From: a virus
Lineage: Duplodnaviria > Caudoviricetes
DNA length: 36,014 nucleotides
Strand: one strand, 5' to 3'
Virus record (IMG/VR): IMGVR_UViG_3300037445_000059
Span: 1 to 36,014 of that record
The notes under the pieces: model-generated
Databases searched by the model: none
The model's input: the letters and a program-made list of their open reading frames with translations, nothing else
Told to the model about the DNA's origin: nothing
Shown: positions 1-8,120 of the stretch, in pieces
How positions within the stretch are numbered: position 1 is the first letter of the stretch
How the letters are laid out: the number at the start of each line of letters is the position of its first letter
Program-made: the position numbers and the translations under genes

Positions 1-14
1 CTTTACTGGAGCAA

Positions 15-48
15 GAGGTCCACTCAGCGGTGAGGCCGAGTGGAACTC
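15..48 (-). terminator. Hairpin just past the stop of ORF 53-475; possible weak terminator
   Basis: GAG-g-TCCACTC (15-25) pairs with GAGTGGA-a-CTC (38-48); poor U-tract on the minus strand. Confidence 0.3.
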
Positions 49-52
49 TGAC

Positions 53-475
53 TCAAGCTTGGCTTTCGTTTAAAGATTGAACTTGAGTTTTCACCGAAGG
101 CTCGGCACTTGCACTTGCACTTGCGGCAATAGCTTTAACCAAAGCGTCAATGCAGTCATGGAACATGAACCCACGGCCCACTTTCTGGCTACGGAAGCCG
201 ATGTAGTGCTCGGCGAGTGAGTATGCCATTTCATACCCATAGCACATTATGGTGTCATCTGCACCTTCGACATATCCACCAGTGTAACTCCCAGCGATAC
301 GACGTTGAGTGTTCTGCTTTGTGTGCGTAGGCCAGGGTGGGAGTTCACCAGTCGCTGCTGTGAACGCAGCACCCGCTTCAGCGTGGTCGTAGATGGAATG
401 TGAATCTCGGGTTGACAGGAAGGCGACAATCTGCTGTAGGAGCAGGGGAGTAACATTAGTAGTAACGCTTTTCAT
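53..475 (-). CDS. Hypothetical phage protein (140 aa)
   Basis: ATG-started ORF with globular composition, co-oriented with 516-797. Confidence 0.7.
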   Translation of the reverse strand: MKSVTTNVTPLLLQQIVAFLSTRDSHSIYDHAEAGAAFTAATGELPPWPTHTKQNTQRRIAGSYTGGYVEGADDTIMCYGYEMAYSLAEHYIGFRSQKVGRGFMFHDCIDALVKAIAASASASAEPSVKTQVQSLNESQA

Positions 476-483
476 ATTCGTAA

Positions 484-510
484 AGTATTGCTCAGTTGTT
501 GGGCATTACT
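484..510. repeat. 27-bp palindromic motif, copy 1
   Basis: AGTATTGCTCA-GTTGT-TGGGCATTACT, intergenic between 516-797 and 53-475. Confidence 0.9.
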
Positions 511-515
511 AGAAG

Positions 516-797
516 CTAGGAGATAACCTTGAAGTCAGCTTCGACCATTTTACCCCGTTTCCAGATGAGAGTCTTTAGCACGCGCCAACCGAAAGACTCC
601 CAGCGAGCGGTGGTGGGGGCTGTGCGGCAGCTGTGAAGGAGCACTTGCCGTTTGCCTAGGGTAGCGACGTCACGTGCTTCTGAAGTGAGCGCGTGAATGT
701 CATCTTGGTGTGCAGGCCACGCTTGGTCGTAACGAAGCATGTCAAGGGGGAAGTATCCCGAACCTTCGACTTTGAACTCTATGATTTTGTTTGGCAT
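516..797 (-). CDS. Small conserved-looking phage protein (93 aa)
   Basis: ATG at 797 after an A/C-rich leader (ACACAAACAAAA); FxVxGxGxFPLDMLRYD motif that I recall from small phage proteins. Confidence 0.75.
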   Translation of the reverse strand: MPNKIIEFKVEGSGYFPLDMLRYDQAWPAHQDDIHALTSEARDVATLGKRQVLLHSCRTAPTTARWESFGWRVLKTLIWKRGKMVEADFKVIS

Positions 798-1209
798 TTT
801 TGTTTGTGTGTTATGCGAGATGAACGAGTAACGGTACAATGTAACGTCTCGCACAGCTCGCGGTTATTATTGCTGCTAAAGGTGCTACGCTAAAGAAATT
901 GACCTCACACCGCAGAGCTTCCGAGAACGCGCGATTCGTACGCAACGCGCATTGGGACTCATGCTTAGGCGTTAGTCTGGCATTGGTGCTGCTATGCACG
1001 GTAGGAGAGCCAAGGTTGCCTGAGTGACTCATGCTGCGAGTGAGGTTTTTGCACTTGACTTCTCGCAACCTTTCCGTCGCGATTCGGGCTTTGGTGGAGG
1101 CACTTGCTGAAACGCTAGCTTGCGTAACGCGCGCGTAACCACCTTGGCGGATACCCGCTAGGCGATTTGAGCCTTGCCTGCTCGACCCTAAGAGTCTCAT
1201 GCTCCACGC

Positions 1210-1238
1210 ATCCTAGCAGCTTCCGGGGGCCGGGTCAA
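1210..1238 (-). promoter_or_regulatory. Leftward sigma70-type promoter
   Basis: Minus strand TTGACC-17 bp-TAGGAT, with TGn extended -10 and an upstream A-tract; start about 1203. Confidence 0.65.
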
Positions 1239-1246
1239 GCATTTTT

Positions 1247-1277
1247 TTGCTAATACCTAAAGATTAGATATTATAAT
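1247..1277 (+). promoter_or_regulatory. Possible rightward sigma70-type promoter for the GIY-YIG operon
   Basis: TTGCTA (1247-1252) and TATAAT (1272-1277); 19-bp spacer is suboptimal (TATTAT alternative gives 16). Confidence 0.35.
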
Positions 1278-1292
1278 ACCTAATACTGGCTC

Positions 1293-1344
1293 ATTAGCCT
1301 GCCTTATATTAGCCTGCCTTATGGCCGGGATTAGGCGGCCTAAT
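1293..1344. repeat. Perfect 15-bp tandem repeat plus a related palindrome
   Basis: ATTAGCCTGCCTTAT at 1293-1307 and 1308-1322; ATTAGGCGGCCTAAT at 1330-1344. Confidence 0.8.
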
Positions 1345-1396
1345 ATAGGTACTACTACCTATAGACCGTGCTTGCGCGATCTGCTAGCATTAGCGA

Positions 1397-1726
1397 ATGG
1401 AAGAACGTTTGGCCGGAGACGAGATATTAAGTTACGATACGCTACAATCATTTCGCCGACCTTTGGTCTATGCTTGGTTGCGTGACGGTTATTATCTCTA
1501 TATCGGTTCATCAGAGCACGGGCTGCTACGATACTATAACCATAACATAGTTGGTGTAGTTGAAGCTTTCCTTCTAACCGATGCATTATCAGTCTGGTAC
1601 TGCGACTCTCTAGCCGAGGCGGAACGCTTAGAACGTAGCCTTATTAAAACGTTTGCACCAAAGTATAACAAAACTCACAACCCAAACTATGAGCGACAAG
1701 CCAATAGACGCACTTCCTCGACCTGA
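1397..1726 (+). CDS. GIY-YIG family nuclease (free-standing)
   Basis: LVYAW...YLYIGSS, conserved R, E..LI...PKYN pattern of GIY-YIG domains. Confidence 0.8.
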   Translation: MEERLAGDEILSYDTLQSFRRPLVYAWLRDGYYLYIGSSEHGLLRYYNHNIVGVVEAFLLTDALSVWYCDSLAEAERLERSLIKTFAPKYNKTHNPNYERQANRRTSST

Positions 1727-2219
1727 TCTTCGTGAAAAGGCGTTTCGTAAATACGAACGTTACATCAATCGCGCGTTGCATGAAACTTACGAGTTAGATC
1801 CCGCAATAGAATTACGTATGAAGCCTCACAGTTTTATCGTGCGCTTTAAAGATGCAGTGCTTGGGTTTCAACGTTACCGCTATAGCTCTATCTTCTTCTC
1901 TCACGACACAGACTTCAAACCGATCAAACTCTACGAGTTGGCTAATGGCTATGTCCGCATCGTCAACGAGAGCTTGGCGGATTCACTTCTATCGAAAGCG
2001 AATGTTAACTCCTCCCTTTTGCACGTCTCTCGCGACATGCTACGTATCCTTGAAATAGCAAAGCAATACCACCTCCACGCGCGCGAAGACCAAACCTTTG
2101 TTCAATACTCAACTCCAGAAGAACGCACAAAAATGATTAACCTCCAAACTGACCACGACGGCGACTATTCAATAGACGTGCGGGACTTTGGTCCTGGTAT
2201 TGTTGTAATGCGGCAATGA
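1689..2219 (+). CDS. Hypothetical protein (176 aa)
   Basis: ATG at 1689 after CCCAAACT leader; overlaps the end of the GIY-YIG ORF. Confidence 0.7.
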   Translation: MSDKPIDALPRPDLREKAFRKYERYINRALHETYELDPAIELRMKPHSFIVRFKDAVLGFQRYRYSSIFFSHDTDFKPIKLYELANGYVRIVNESLADSLLSKANVNSSLLHVSRDMLRILEIAKQYHLHAREDQTFVQYSTPEERTKMINLQTDHDGDYSIDVRDFGPGIVVMRQ

Positions 2220-2245
2220 GTATTGCTCAGTTCTTGGGCATTACT
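2219..2245. repeat. 27-bp palindromic motif, copy 2
   Basis: AGTATTGCTCA-GTTCT-TGGGCATTACT, overlapping the stop codon of 1689-2219; 1 mismatch to copy 1. Confidence 0.9.
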
Positions 2246-2258
2246 AGAGCTGCGAATA

Positions 2259-2421
2259 GCTAGAATTATCTATCTATAACGAGGTCGAAGGGGAATCGGA
2301 AGGAGAGAGTAGTCTTGTAAAAATTTTTTTTTACTAAACTATACTCTCCGTTTCCAAAAGTCGGTCCACTTCACTTCCTTAGGAGCGAGCCAAAGCATCG
2401 TTATAGATAGAAATAGCTAGC
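2259..2421. other. Long imperfect fold-back element (candidate sRNA or cruciform)
   Basis: Outer inverted repeat 2259-2282 / 2398-2421 with a 14-bp perfect core (TCTATCTATAACGA); inner hairpin 2298-2355; no ORF. Confidence 0.6.
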
Positions 2422-2451
2422 ATTGTAAACTCATGACATGAGGCGGTGCAA
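2422..2451 (-). promoter_or_regulatory. Possible leftward sigma70-type promoter firing into the fold-back
   Basis: Minus strand TTGCAC-18 bp-TACAAT. Confidence 0.4.
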
Positions 2452-2552
2452 GAGCTTACAGCGGCCTCCGCCAGCAGCTACATAGCTTCTAGTACATGAG
2501 AGTGGAGTGAAGTAGTAATAGCTTATAGCGTATAGTGAAGTAGCGTCACGGG

Positions 2553-2585
2553 ACGAAAATTCCCTCCGGGCTTTCACCCGGAGGG
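2553..2585 (-). terminator. Rho-independent terminator
   Basis: 9-bp stem CCCTCCGGG/CCCGGAGGG (2562-2585) followed on the minus strand by AATTTTCG, right after the stop of 2592-2795. Confidence 0.7.
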
Positions 2586-2591
2586 TTGGGG

Positions 2592-2795
2592 TTACTCCTT
2601 CTCCGGCACTATCGCGATGCTTCGCAGGACCAACTCCTCAGCTTTGTCTTGCTCTTTGTCGCTCAACTCCATGATGTCGACGAAGTCCCCGTTCAGAACC
2701 GGCGGTCCGGCTCCGCGCTCGATGACCAGCTCGATGGATTTTTGTCCCGTGATTTTCACGGGGAACCGAAACGAATATTTAATGGTTTTCAACAT
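2592..2795 (-). CDS. Hypothetical protein (67 aa)
   Basis: ATG ORF with acidic helical C-terminus, followed by a terminator. Confidence 0.6.
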   Translation of the reverse strand: MLKTIKYSFRFPVKITGQKSIELVIERGAGPPVLNGDFVDIMELSDKEQDKAEELVLRSIAIVPEKE

Positions 2796-2799
2796 AGGT

Positions 2800-2826
2800 G
2801 AAAAGCGGGTTAGTCACTTCCCCGCT
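2800..2826 (-). terminator. Possible terminator/attenuator between two small early genes
   Basis: Minus strand AGCGGG-loop-CCCGCT-TTT. Confidence 0.4.
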
Positions 2827-2835
2827 GGTTTTCTG

Positions 2836-3141
2836 CTATTGGTTTTCTGGCGCTGTCACTTCGCTCTCGATTTTCCGCATGGCGGTTTCGAGTGCGTCTG
2901 CCGCAACCTTGCGGCTGAACCAGCCATACTTTTCGAGCCGCTGGCGAGTTGCCGAATGGTTGCCAAAGCGGTTCACCACGGTTGCGAACGTCGCGGCGTC
3001 GATCTCCTTGTCGTTCAAGAGTTTAAGCGCCTCGGCTTGGAGCTTGTCCGCCTGCGTCTTGCCGAACGTTTCCGCCCCTTGTATCGCCTCAAAGAGGCAG
3101 TGGGCAGAAGCTTCCAATTCTGTCATTTTTTTATCAGCCAT
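2836..3141 (-). CDS. Hypothetical helical protein (101 aa)
   Basis: ATG at 3141 (MADKKM), downstream of the promoter at 3193-3221. Confidence 0.7.
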   Translation of the reverse strand: MADKKMTELEASAHCLFEAIQGAETFGKTQADKLQAEALKLLNDKEIDAATFATVVNRFGNHSATRQRLEKYGWFSRKVAADALETAMRKIESEVTAPENQ

Positions 3142-3192
3142 AACTTCTATCTCGCCCGGCCAAGCTTCTGGCTTAGCACTCAGGCTGGAGAG

Positions 3193-3221
3193 AGCATAGC
3201 TCACCCCGAGGCATAATGCAA
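3193..3221 (-). promoter_or_regulatory. Leftward sigma70-type promoter
   Basis: Minus strand TTGCAT-17 bp-TATGCT, about 50 bp upstream of ATG 3141. Confidence 0.55.
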
Positions 3222-3708
3222 GCGCGAAGTGAAGATAGCAGCTAAGCTAATGCCGCCTCATCACCTAGGCTTATGGCTAATAGGAGTCGAGAAGCAAAGC
3301 TAATAGTCACGCGCCCCTACCCCCCGTCCCCCCACCTTGAGTAGCGTGGCGTGGGGTCGGGCGAGGCTCCATGCAAAACCGTACCAAATGGAAACTTTTT
3401 GCCTAGTATGAAAGCGAATTCTGATCCTTCGATCTTTGGAGTCGCAGCTCCAACGCTCCTTGAAGCAAAAGAATGGTAGAGATACCTATTGCACTGGGAG
3501 CTAGGAAGTGGTAGAGTAGTCGTGAAGGTTCGAGGCAACGACGCCTCGGAGCCAAAGCTCAAAGTTTTAGTGAACGCAACAGTCCTAGAACAGTCTGAAA
3601 CCGATCGTGATAGTACCTACGGCGCAGAAGCTGTACGTCTCATGATGCTGCAACCGCTAAACATGTTTAAGCCTTTGGACCTGCGGGTAATACATAAAAC
3701 TCCTAGCC

Positions 3709-4395
3709 ATGAAGACGAACGCGCTGAGTGATTTCTCAGATCTGTTAGAGAGTAATGCCCAATCATTGGGCAATACTGGCAGCTCGAAGCCGCCGACGGG
3801 CGAAGCCCTCGGTCTCAATCCTGTAACAGGTTCATCCGCAGCGCAGCCGACGCCCGAAGCCCTCGGTCTCGTACCCGCCATCAATACCCCTGGGCTTACA
3901 CCTGCTGGTTCTATTGTCGTGCAAGAGTCAATGCCTTCGCCATTGTGGAATCGCAAAGAGCCACAATATCAAAGGCAGCAAGAGTTACCCTGGCATCGTA
4001 CCGCGCTTGAGATGGCCGCCAACGGGTACACTGCGGAAGAAGTAGCTGCGCGGCTTGGGTGTAGTCCTACAACCGTCCAAGACATCCTTCGCCAACCGCA
4101 GTATCAACAAACACAGGTAAATCTCATTCGACAAGTGTCAAACCAAGACCACGAGGTTTGCGAGCTGATCAAGGATAACGTCAAGAACGCTATTACTACT
4201 TTGGCGACAATTGTCAAAGACGAAAAGGCGCGCGGCTCAGACCGCATCGCGGCGGCGCGTGAACTTCTCGATAGGCGTTATGGCAAGCCGAACCAGCCCA
4301 TGAACCGCGGTACGGACGTTGATTTGAACAACCTATCCGACGCCGAACTCGCCCGTATGTTGCCACCGAAGACCGCCACCGGGACCAATTCCTAA
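3709..4395 (+). CDS. terS: Terminase small subunit
   Basis: Directly before TerL (TAATG overlap); HTH (GYTAEEVAARLGCSPTTV); DRIAAARELLDRRYGKP and DLNNLSDAEL motifs; start codon uncertain because of a disordered N-terminus. Confidence 0.75.
   Translation: MKTNALSDFSDLLESNAQSLGNTGSSKPPTGEALGLNPVTGSSAAQPTPEALGLVPAINTPGLTPAGSIVVQESMPSPLWNRKEPQYQRQQELPWHRTALEMAANGYTAEEVAARLGCSPTTVQDILRQPQYQQTQVNLIRQVSNQDHEVCELIKDNVKNAITTLATIVKDEKARGSDRIAAARELLDRRYGKPNQPMNRGTDVDLNNLSDAELARMLPPKTATGTNS
3751..3777. repeat. 27-bp palindromic motif, copy 3 (in terS)
   Basis: AGTAATGCCCA-ATCAT-TGGGCAATACT, read as SNAQSLGNT. Confidence 0.9.
3792..3870 (+). repeat. 25-bp direct repeat in 5' terS
   Basis: GCCGACGGGCGAAGCCCTCGGTCTC (3792-3816) and GCCGACGCCCGAAGCCCTCGGTCTC (3846-3870), 54 bp apart. 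Confidence 0.8.
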
Positions 4396-5912
4396 TGTCC
4401 GACGTTCTCACCCCAACCCTATCTCCGGCGCAAGTCCTGCTAGACCGCAGAGCGCGGCGGAAGTCTCTGCTTAAATGGTGCGAGTTCATTGAAGGCAAGA
4501 AGAACCAGTCCCCCGCGCTTCACCACCGCCTCATCATCGACGTTCTCCAGAAGATTACCGACGGCACTCTAAAGAACGTTATTCTTTTAATGCCACCGGG
4601 GGCGGCGAAAAGCACCTACACTTCGGTAGACTTTCCGCCGTTCTATCTTGCGAATCATCCTACACATCTGATTCTCGCTTGTTCTTACTCCTACACCCTA
4701 ATCGAAGGGTTTGGCCGCCAATGCCGTGACATCATCGACGTTAACTCACATGAACTCGGATACTCCCTCTCATCCACCGCTGCTGCCTCTGGCGACTGGC
4801 GAATCGACAAAGGCGGCGGGTATTTCTGTGCTGGCGTCGGAGCAGGCATCGCCGGACATCGCGCAGATCTCGGTTTCATCGACGACTTCATGGGGTCGGA
4901 GGAACAAGCCGACTCGAAGGTGATTCGTGAGAAGCACTGGAACTGGTGGATCAACGACTTCTCTCCTCGGTTAAAACCCGATGCCGCCACCGTAATAATT
5001 GCCAACCGACGCCATGACGAAGATCTCGTAGGTAAAATCCTATCTGACGAACCTGACAACTGGACCGTTATCAAAATCCCGTTCGACGCTCGCGAGAACG
5101 ACCCCTTGGGCCGCGCGGTTGGTGAACCTCTCTGGCCTGAATGGTTCCTCATGAACGAGAACGCCAAGCGTAAGATCGCACGGGCGCGGCGCAATCCTAC
5201 CACCTGGGCGGGGCTGTACCAACAAGACCCACACCCCGAAGAAGGTGGTTACTTCAAGCGAGAGAATATCTGTGAATACGATCCCAGTGAGCTTCCCGAG
5301 AACCTTAAAATCTACGTCGGTTCCGATTACGCGGTTAAGCGTGGCGAAGACCTCGACCGCTTTTGCTTCCTTCCCGCCGGGGTGGACGTACGCGGTAATC
5401 TGTACATCCTGCCGGACTGGTTCTGGACGCAAAGCGACACCCTTGCCGCCGTGGATGCCATGCTCGAAATGGTGCGTCGTCGCAAACCAATGCTTTGGGC
5501 GGCAGGTCGGGAGAACATTACTGGTTCTATAGCACCGTTCTTAACCGAACGTATGCGTCAGCAAAACACCTTCGTCGCGATTGAGGAGTTTAGCGAAGCG
5601 CGGGACAAAGAGCAAAAGGCACAGTCTATTCGTGCGAGGATGACCGCCAAGACTGTATTCTTCCCCCGTTTCGCGCCCGGATGGAGCGACGCGTTGGCGG
5701 AGTTGTTGTCCTTCCCCACAGGAAAACACGATGACTTCGTCGACGCGCTCGCGAAACTCGGTCAGCTATTGGACAAAGTTCGTCCTGCGAATGTAGCTAC
5801 CGCCGAACCCAAAGAATGGTCCCCACAATTCGAAAAGCCCACACTTGGCTGGTTGAAACGTAGCCATGAGGCACAAGTACGTTTCCAACGTGAACGTGAT
5901 AACGACAAGTAA
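4395..5912 (+). CDS. terL: Terminase large subunit
   Basis: Walker A MPPGAAKST, Walker B GFIDD, GLYQQDP linker, nuclease motifs VGSD and GKHDDFVDAL. Confidence 0.95.
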   Translation: MSDVLTPTLSPAQVLLDRRARRKSLLKWCEFIEGKKNQSPALHHRLIIDVLQKITDGTLKNVILLMPPGAAKSTYTSVDFPPFYLANHPTHLILACSYSYTLIEGFGRQCRDIIDVNSHELGYSLSSTAAASGDWRIDKGGGYFCAGVGAGIAGHRADLGFIDDFMGSEEQADSKVIREKHWNWWINDFSPRLKPDAATVIIANRRHDEDLVGKILSDEPDNWTVIKIPFDARENDPLGRAVGEPLWPEWFLMNENAKRKIARARRNPTTWAGLYQQDPHPEEGGYFKRENICEYDPSELPENLKIYVGSDYAVKRGEDLDRFCFLPAGVDVRGNLYILPDWFWTQSDTLAAVDAMLEMVRRRKPMLWAAGRENITGSIAPFLTERMRQQNTFVAIEEFSEARDKEQKAQSIRARMTAKTVFFPRFAPGWSDALAELLSFPTGKHDDFVDALAKLGQLLDKVRPANVATAEPKEWSPQFEKPTLGWLKRSHEAQVRFQRERDNDK

Positions 5913-5914
5913 TT

Positions 5915-8071
5915 ATGCCTGCTACTGATCTAATTGCCGACACAGTACCGCCACAGGAACAAAAGCCTAAAGACCCTAGCGCAATGCACGAGTCTGAGGA
6001 CGAAGCTTCTTCTGAAGTTCAAGCCCGGCGGGCACTTGTCAAACAATGGGGTGAACGCATTCGCACCGCCAAAGCAAAATGGGAAGAAGACTTCAAGCGA
6101 ATGCGGTCCAACATGGAGTTCGTCTACGGTCTCCAATGGAACGGTCAGCAATACCTCACCGACCAACGTTACATCGCGAACTTCACCATCCGCGCGATTA
6201 ACCAAAAAGTCGCCACGCTCTACGCCCGCAATCCACAAGTCACCGCTCAGCGACGTCCTCGCTTGGACTTCGAAGTCTGGGACGGCAAGATGGAGTCCAT
6301 AATGCAAGCGACCGGCGCGGCACTTCAGTCCATGAACACCATGGGTTTCGTTCCCCCCGAAGCGATGGCACTTCTAAACGACTTCCAACGTGGCCGCCAG
6401 ATGCAACAGCTCGTTGAACGTGTTGGTAAATCCCTTGAAACTGTCTACCAATACCAAATGGACACTCAAGAGCCTACGTTCAAAACCCAAGCAAAGCAGT
6501 TCGTTCGCCGCGTTGCTGTATGTGGCGTGGGATACATTAAAGTAATCTTCTGCCGCAACTATGAGACTAACGACCTCACCCAATCGGAAACGCGTCAATC
6601 GACCGCCGAGCGCGTCCTCCGCGCGAAACTCATTTTCGAAAAGCTTCAATCCGGTAAAATCGACGAAACCTCTGCCGAAGTCCAAACTCTCAAAGACCTG
6701 GTCGGATCTTTCAACACTAGCCCAGTTGATTCGGAGAACGTCGCAGTTAAAGAACGACTTATCTTTGACTTCGCCCCTGCTACTTCGATTATTCCCGACG
6801 ACCGTTGCCGGAATCTCAAAGGATTTGTCGGTGCTCACTGGGTTGCTGAGGAATTTATATACCCACTTGATTACGTCAACGCCATGTTTGAAACGGACAT
6901 CAAGCCAGGGGGTGATCTTAAGCACTATACTGGTGACGGGAAAGCTATCCAGAAGGCGGGCACGGGTGATGCGAAAGACGACCCAACCAAGAAGCCGCAA
7001 GTCTGCCTCTGGCAGGTCTACGACCTCGACACCAAAACGACGCTAGTTATCGTCGACGGACACAAAGACTTTGTGATGGAGCCGGAGGCTGTAACTCCCG
7101 CTACAAGTTCGTTCTGGACGATCTTTCCTCTAACCTTCAACGACGTAGAATCCACCCCTGGTTGCAAGGCGAGTCTCTTTCCGCCATCGGACGTACAGCT
7201 AATGGTCTCTCCGCAAAAGGAATGGAACCGTACCCGCCAAGCTCTCCGTCAACAACGCAAGGCGAACGCTCCGAAATACATGTGTCCTAAGGGAGTGCTC
7301 AGTGAAGCTGACAAGTCCGCAATCCAAAACGCCGACGACAACGCAGTCATCGAACTCGAAAACATCAACCCCGGTACCGACCCCGCGACCATCATCAAGC
7401 CCTTACAGGTCGCTGCGATCGACCCAGCTGTCTACGACACTAAGCCCCTTACTGAGGACACGCTCCTCGCTACTGGTCAGCAAGAAGCCAACGTTGGTCC
7501 TGCACAACCTAACGTTACCGCCACTGTAGGTTCTATCGCTGAACAATCTCGCATGACTGTCAGTGCATCAAACGTCGACGACCTAGACGACTGCCTGTCT
7601 GCTGTCGCCAAATGCGGTGGCGAGATGCTACTCCGAGAAATGTCCCCGGAAGTTGTCGAGCAAATCGCAGGCGTCGGTGCGGTTTGGCCTACCCAGGAAC
7701 GTGAATCTTTCCTGAACCAGATAGAGCTACAAATAGTAGCTTCTTCTTCTGGCAGACCGAACAAAGCAATCGAGATTGCCAACTGGGAGAAGCTCGCTGG
7801 TATCATTCTCCAAGCAGGTGGCAACCCACAAGCCGTCATCCGCGAATCCATCAAACGTCTTGACGACCGTCTCGACCCTGCCGACTTCTTTCCTGTTCCC
7901 GGTATGGCTCCTCCCACGGCACCAGGAGCCGCGGCACCGGGTTCGGGGACCCCACCCCGTGCACCGGGTGGTGGTGCACCGCCAAGACCTCAGCGGGCCA
8001 ACCGTCGCGGGGAAGGTCAGATGCACCCCCCGCCGGGTGCGGCTACGCCCGTTCCTCTTGGCGGTGCTTAA
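5915..8071 (+). CDS. Portal protein (P22-like)
   Basis: 718 aa directly after TerL; F..G.QW N-terminal pattern, GVGYIKV, helical body, Pro-rich tail. Confidence 0.85.
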   Translation: MPATDLIADTVPPQEQKPKDPSAMHESEDEASSEVQARRALVKQWGERIRTAKAKWEEDFKRMRSNMEFVYGLQWNGQQYLTDQRYIANFTIRAINQKVATLYARNPQVTAQRRPRLDFEVWDGKMESIMQATGAALQSMNTMGFVPPEAMALLNDFQRGRQMQQLVERVGKSLETVYQYQMDTQEPTFKTQAKQFVRRVAVCGVGYIKVIFCRNYETNDLTQSETRQSTAERVLRAKLIFEKLQSGKIDETSAEVQTLKDLVGSFNTSPVDSENVAVKERLIFDFAPATSIIPDDRCRNLKGFVGAHWVAEEFIYPLDYVNAMFETDIKPGGDLKHYTGDGKAIQKAGTGDAKDDPTKKPQVCLWQVYDLDTKTTLVIVDGHKDFVMEPEAVTPATSSFWTIFPLTFNDVESTPGCKASLFPPSDVQLMVSPQKEWNRTRQALRQQRKANAPKYMCPKGVLSEADKSAIQNADDNAVIELENINPGTDPATIIKPLQVAAIDPAVYDTKPLTEDTLLATGQQEANVGPAQPNVTATVGSIAEQSRMTVSASNVDDLDDCLSAVAKCGGEMLLREMSPEVVEQIAGVGAVWPTQERESFLNQIELQIVASSSGRPNKAIEIANWEKLAGIILQAGGNPQAVIRESIKRLDDRLDPADFFPVPGMAPPTAPGAAAPGSGTPPRAPGGGAPPRPQRANRRGEGQMHPPPGAATPVPLGGA

Positions 8072-8120
8072 TTTCCCGACCGTACCCAAACATAAACGTT
8101 AGTTAAACACCCAAAATCAT

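Noticed and set aside
811-1200. 129-aa minus-strand ORF starting at the predicted transcription start
   Set aside because: Arg/Ser/Ala-rich with no recognisable motif and overlapping many hairpins; a leaderless gene cannot be excluded but is unsupported
2586-3216. Plus-strand ORFs 2586-2801, 2617-3216 and 2798-3199
   Set aside because: Antisense to two minus-strand genes that have a promoter and terminators
3408-3731. ATG 3408 joined to ORF 3489-3731 through a single in-frame TAG, suggesting stop-codon recoding
   Set aside because: Several tightly packed genes end at TAG (15103, 15695, 15968, 25867, 27270) and long genes have no internal TAG, so the standard code applies; the ORF itself is doubtful
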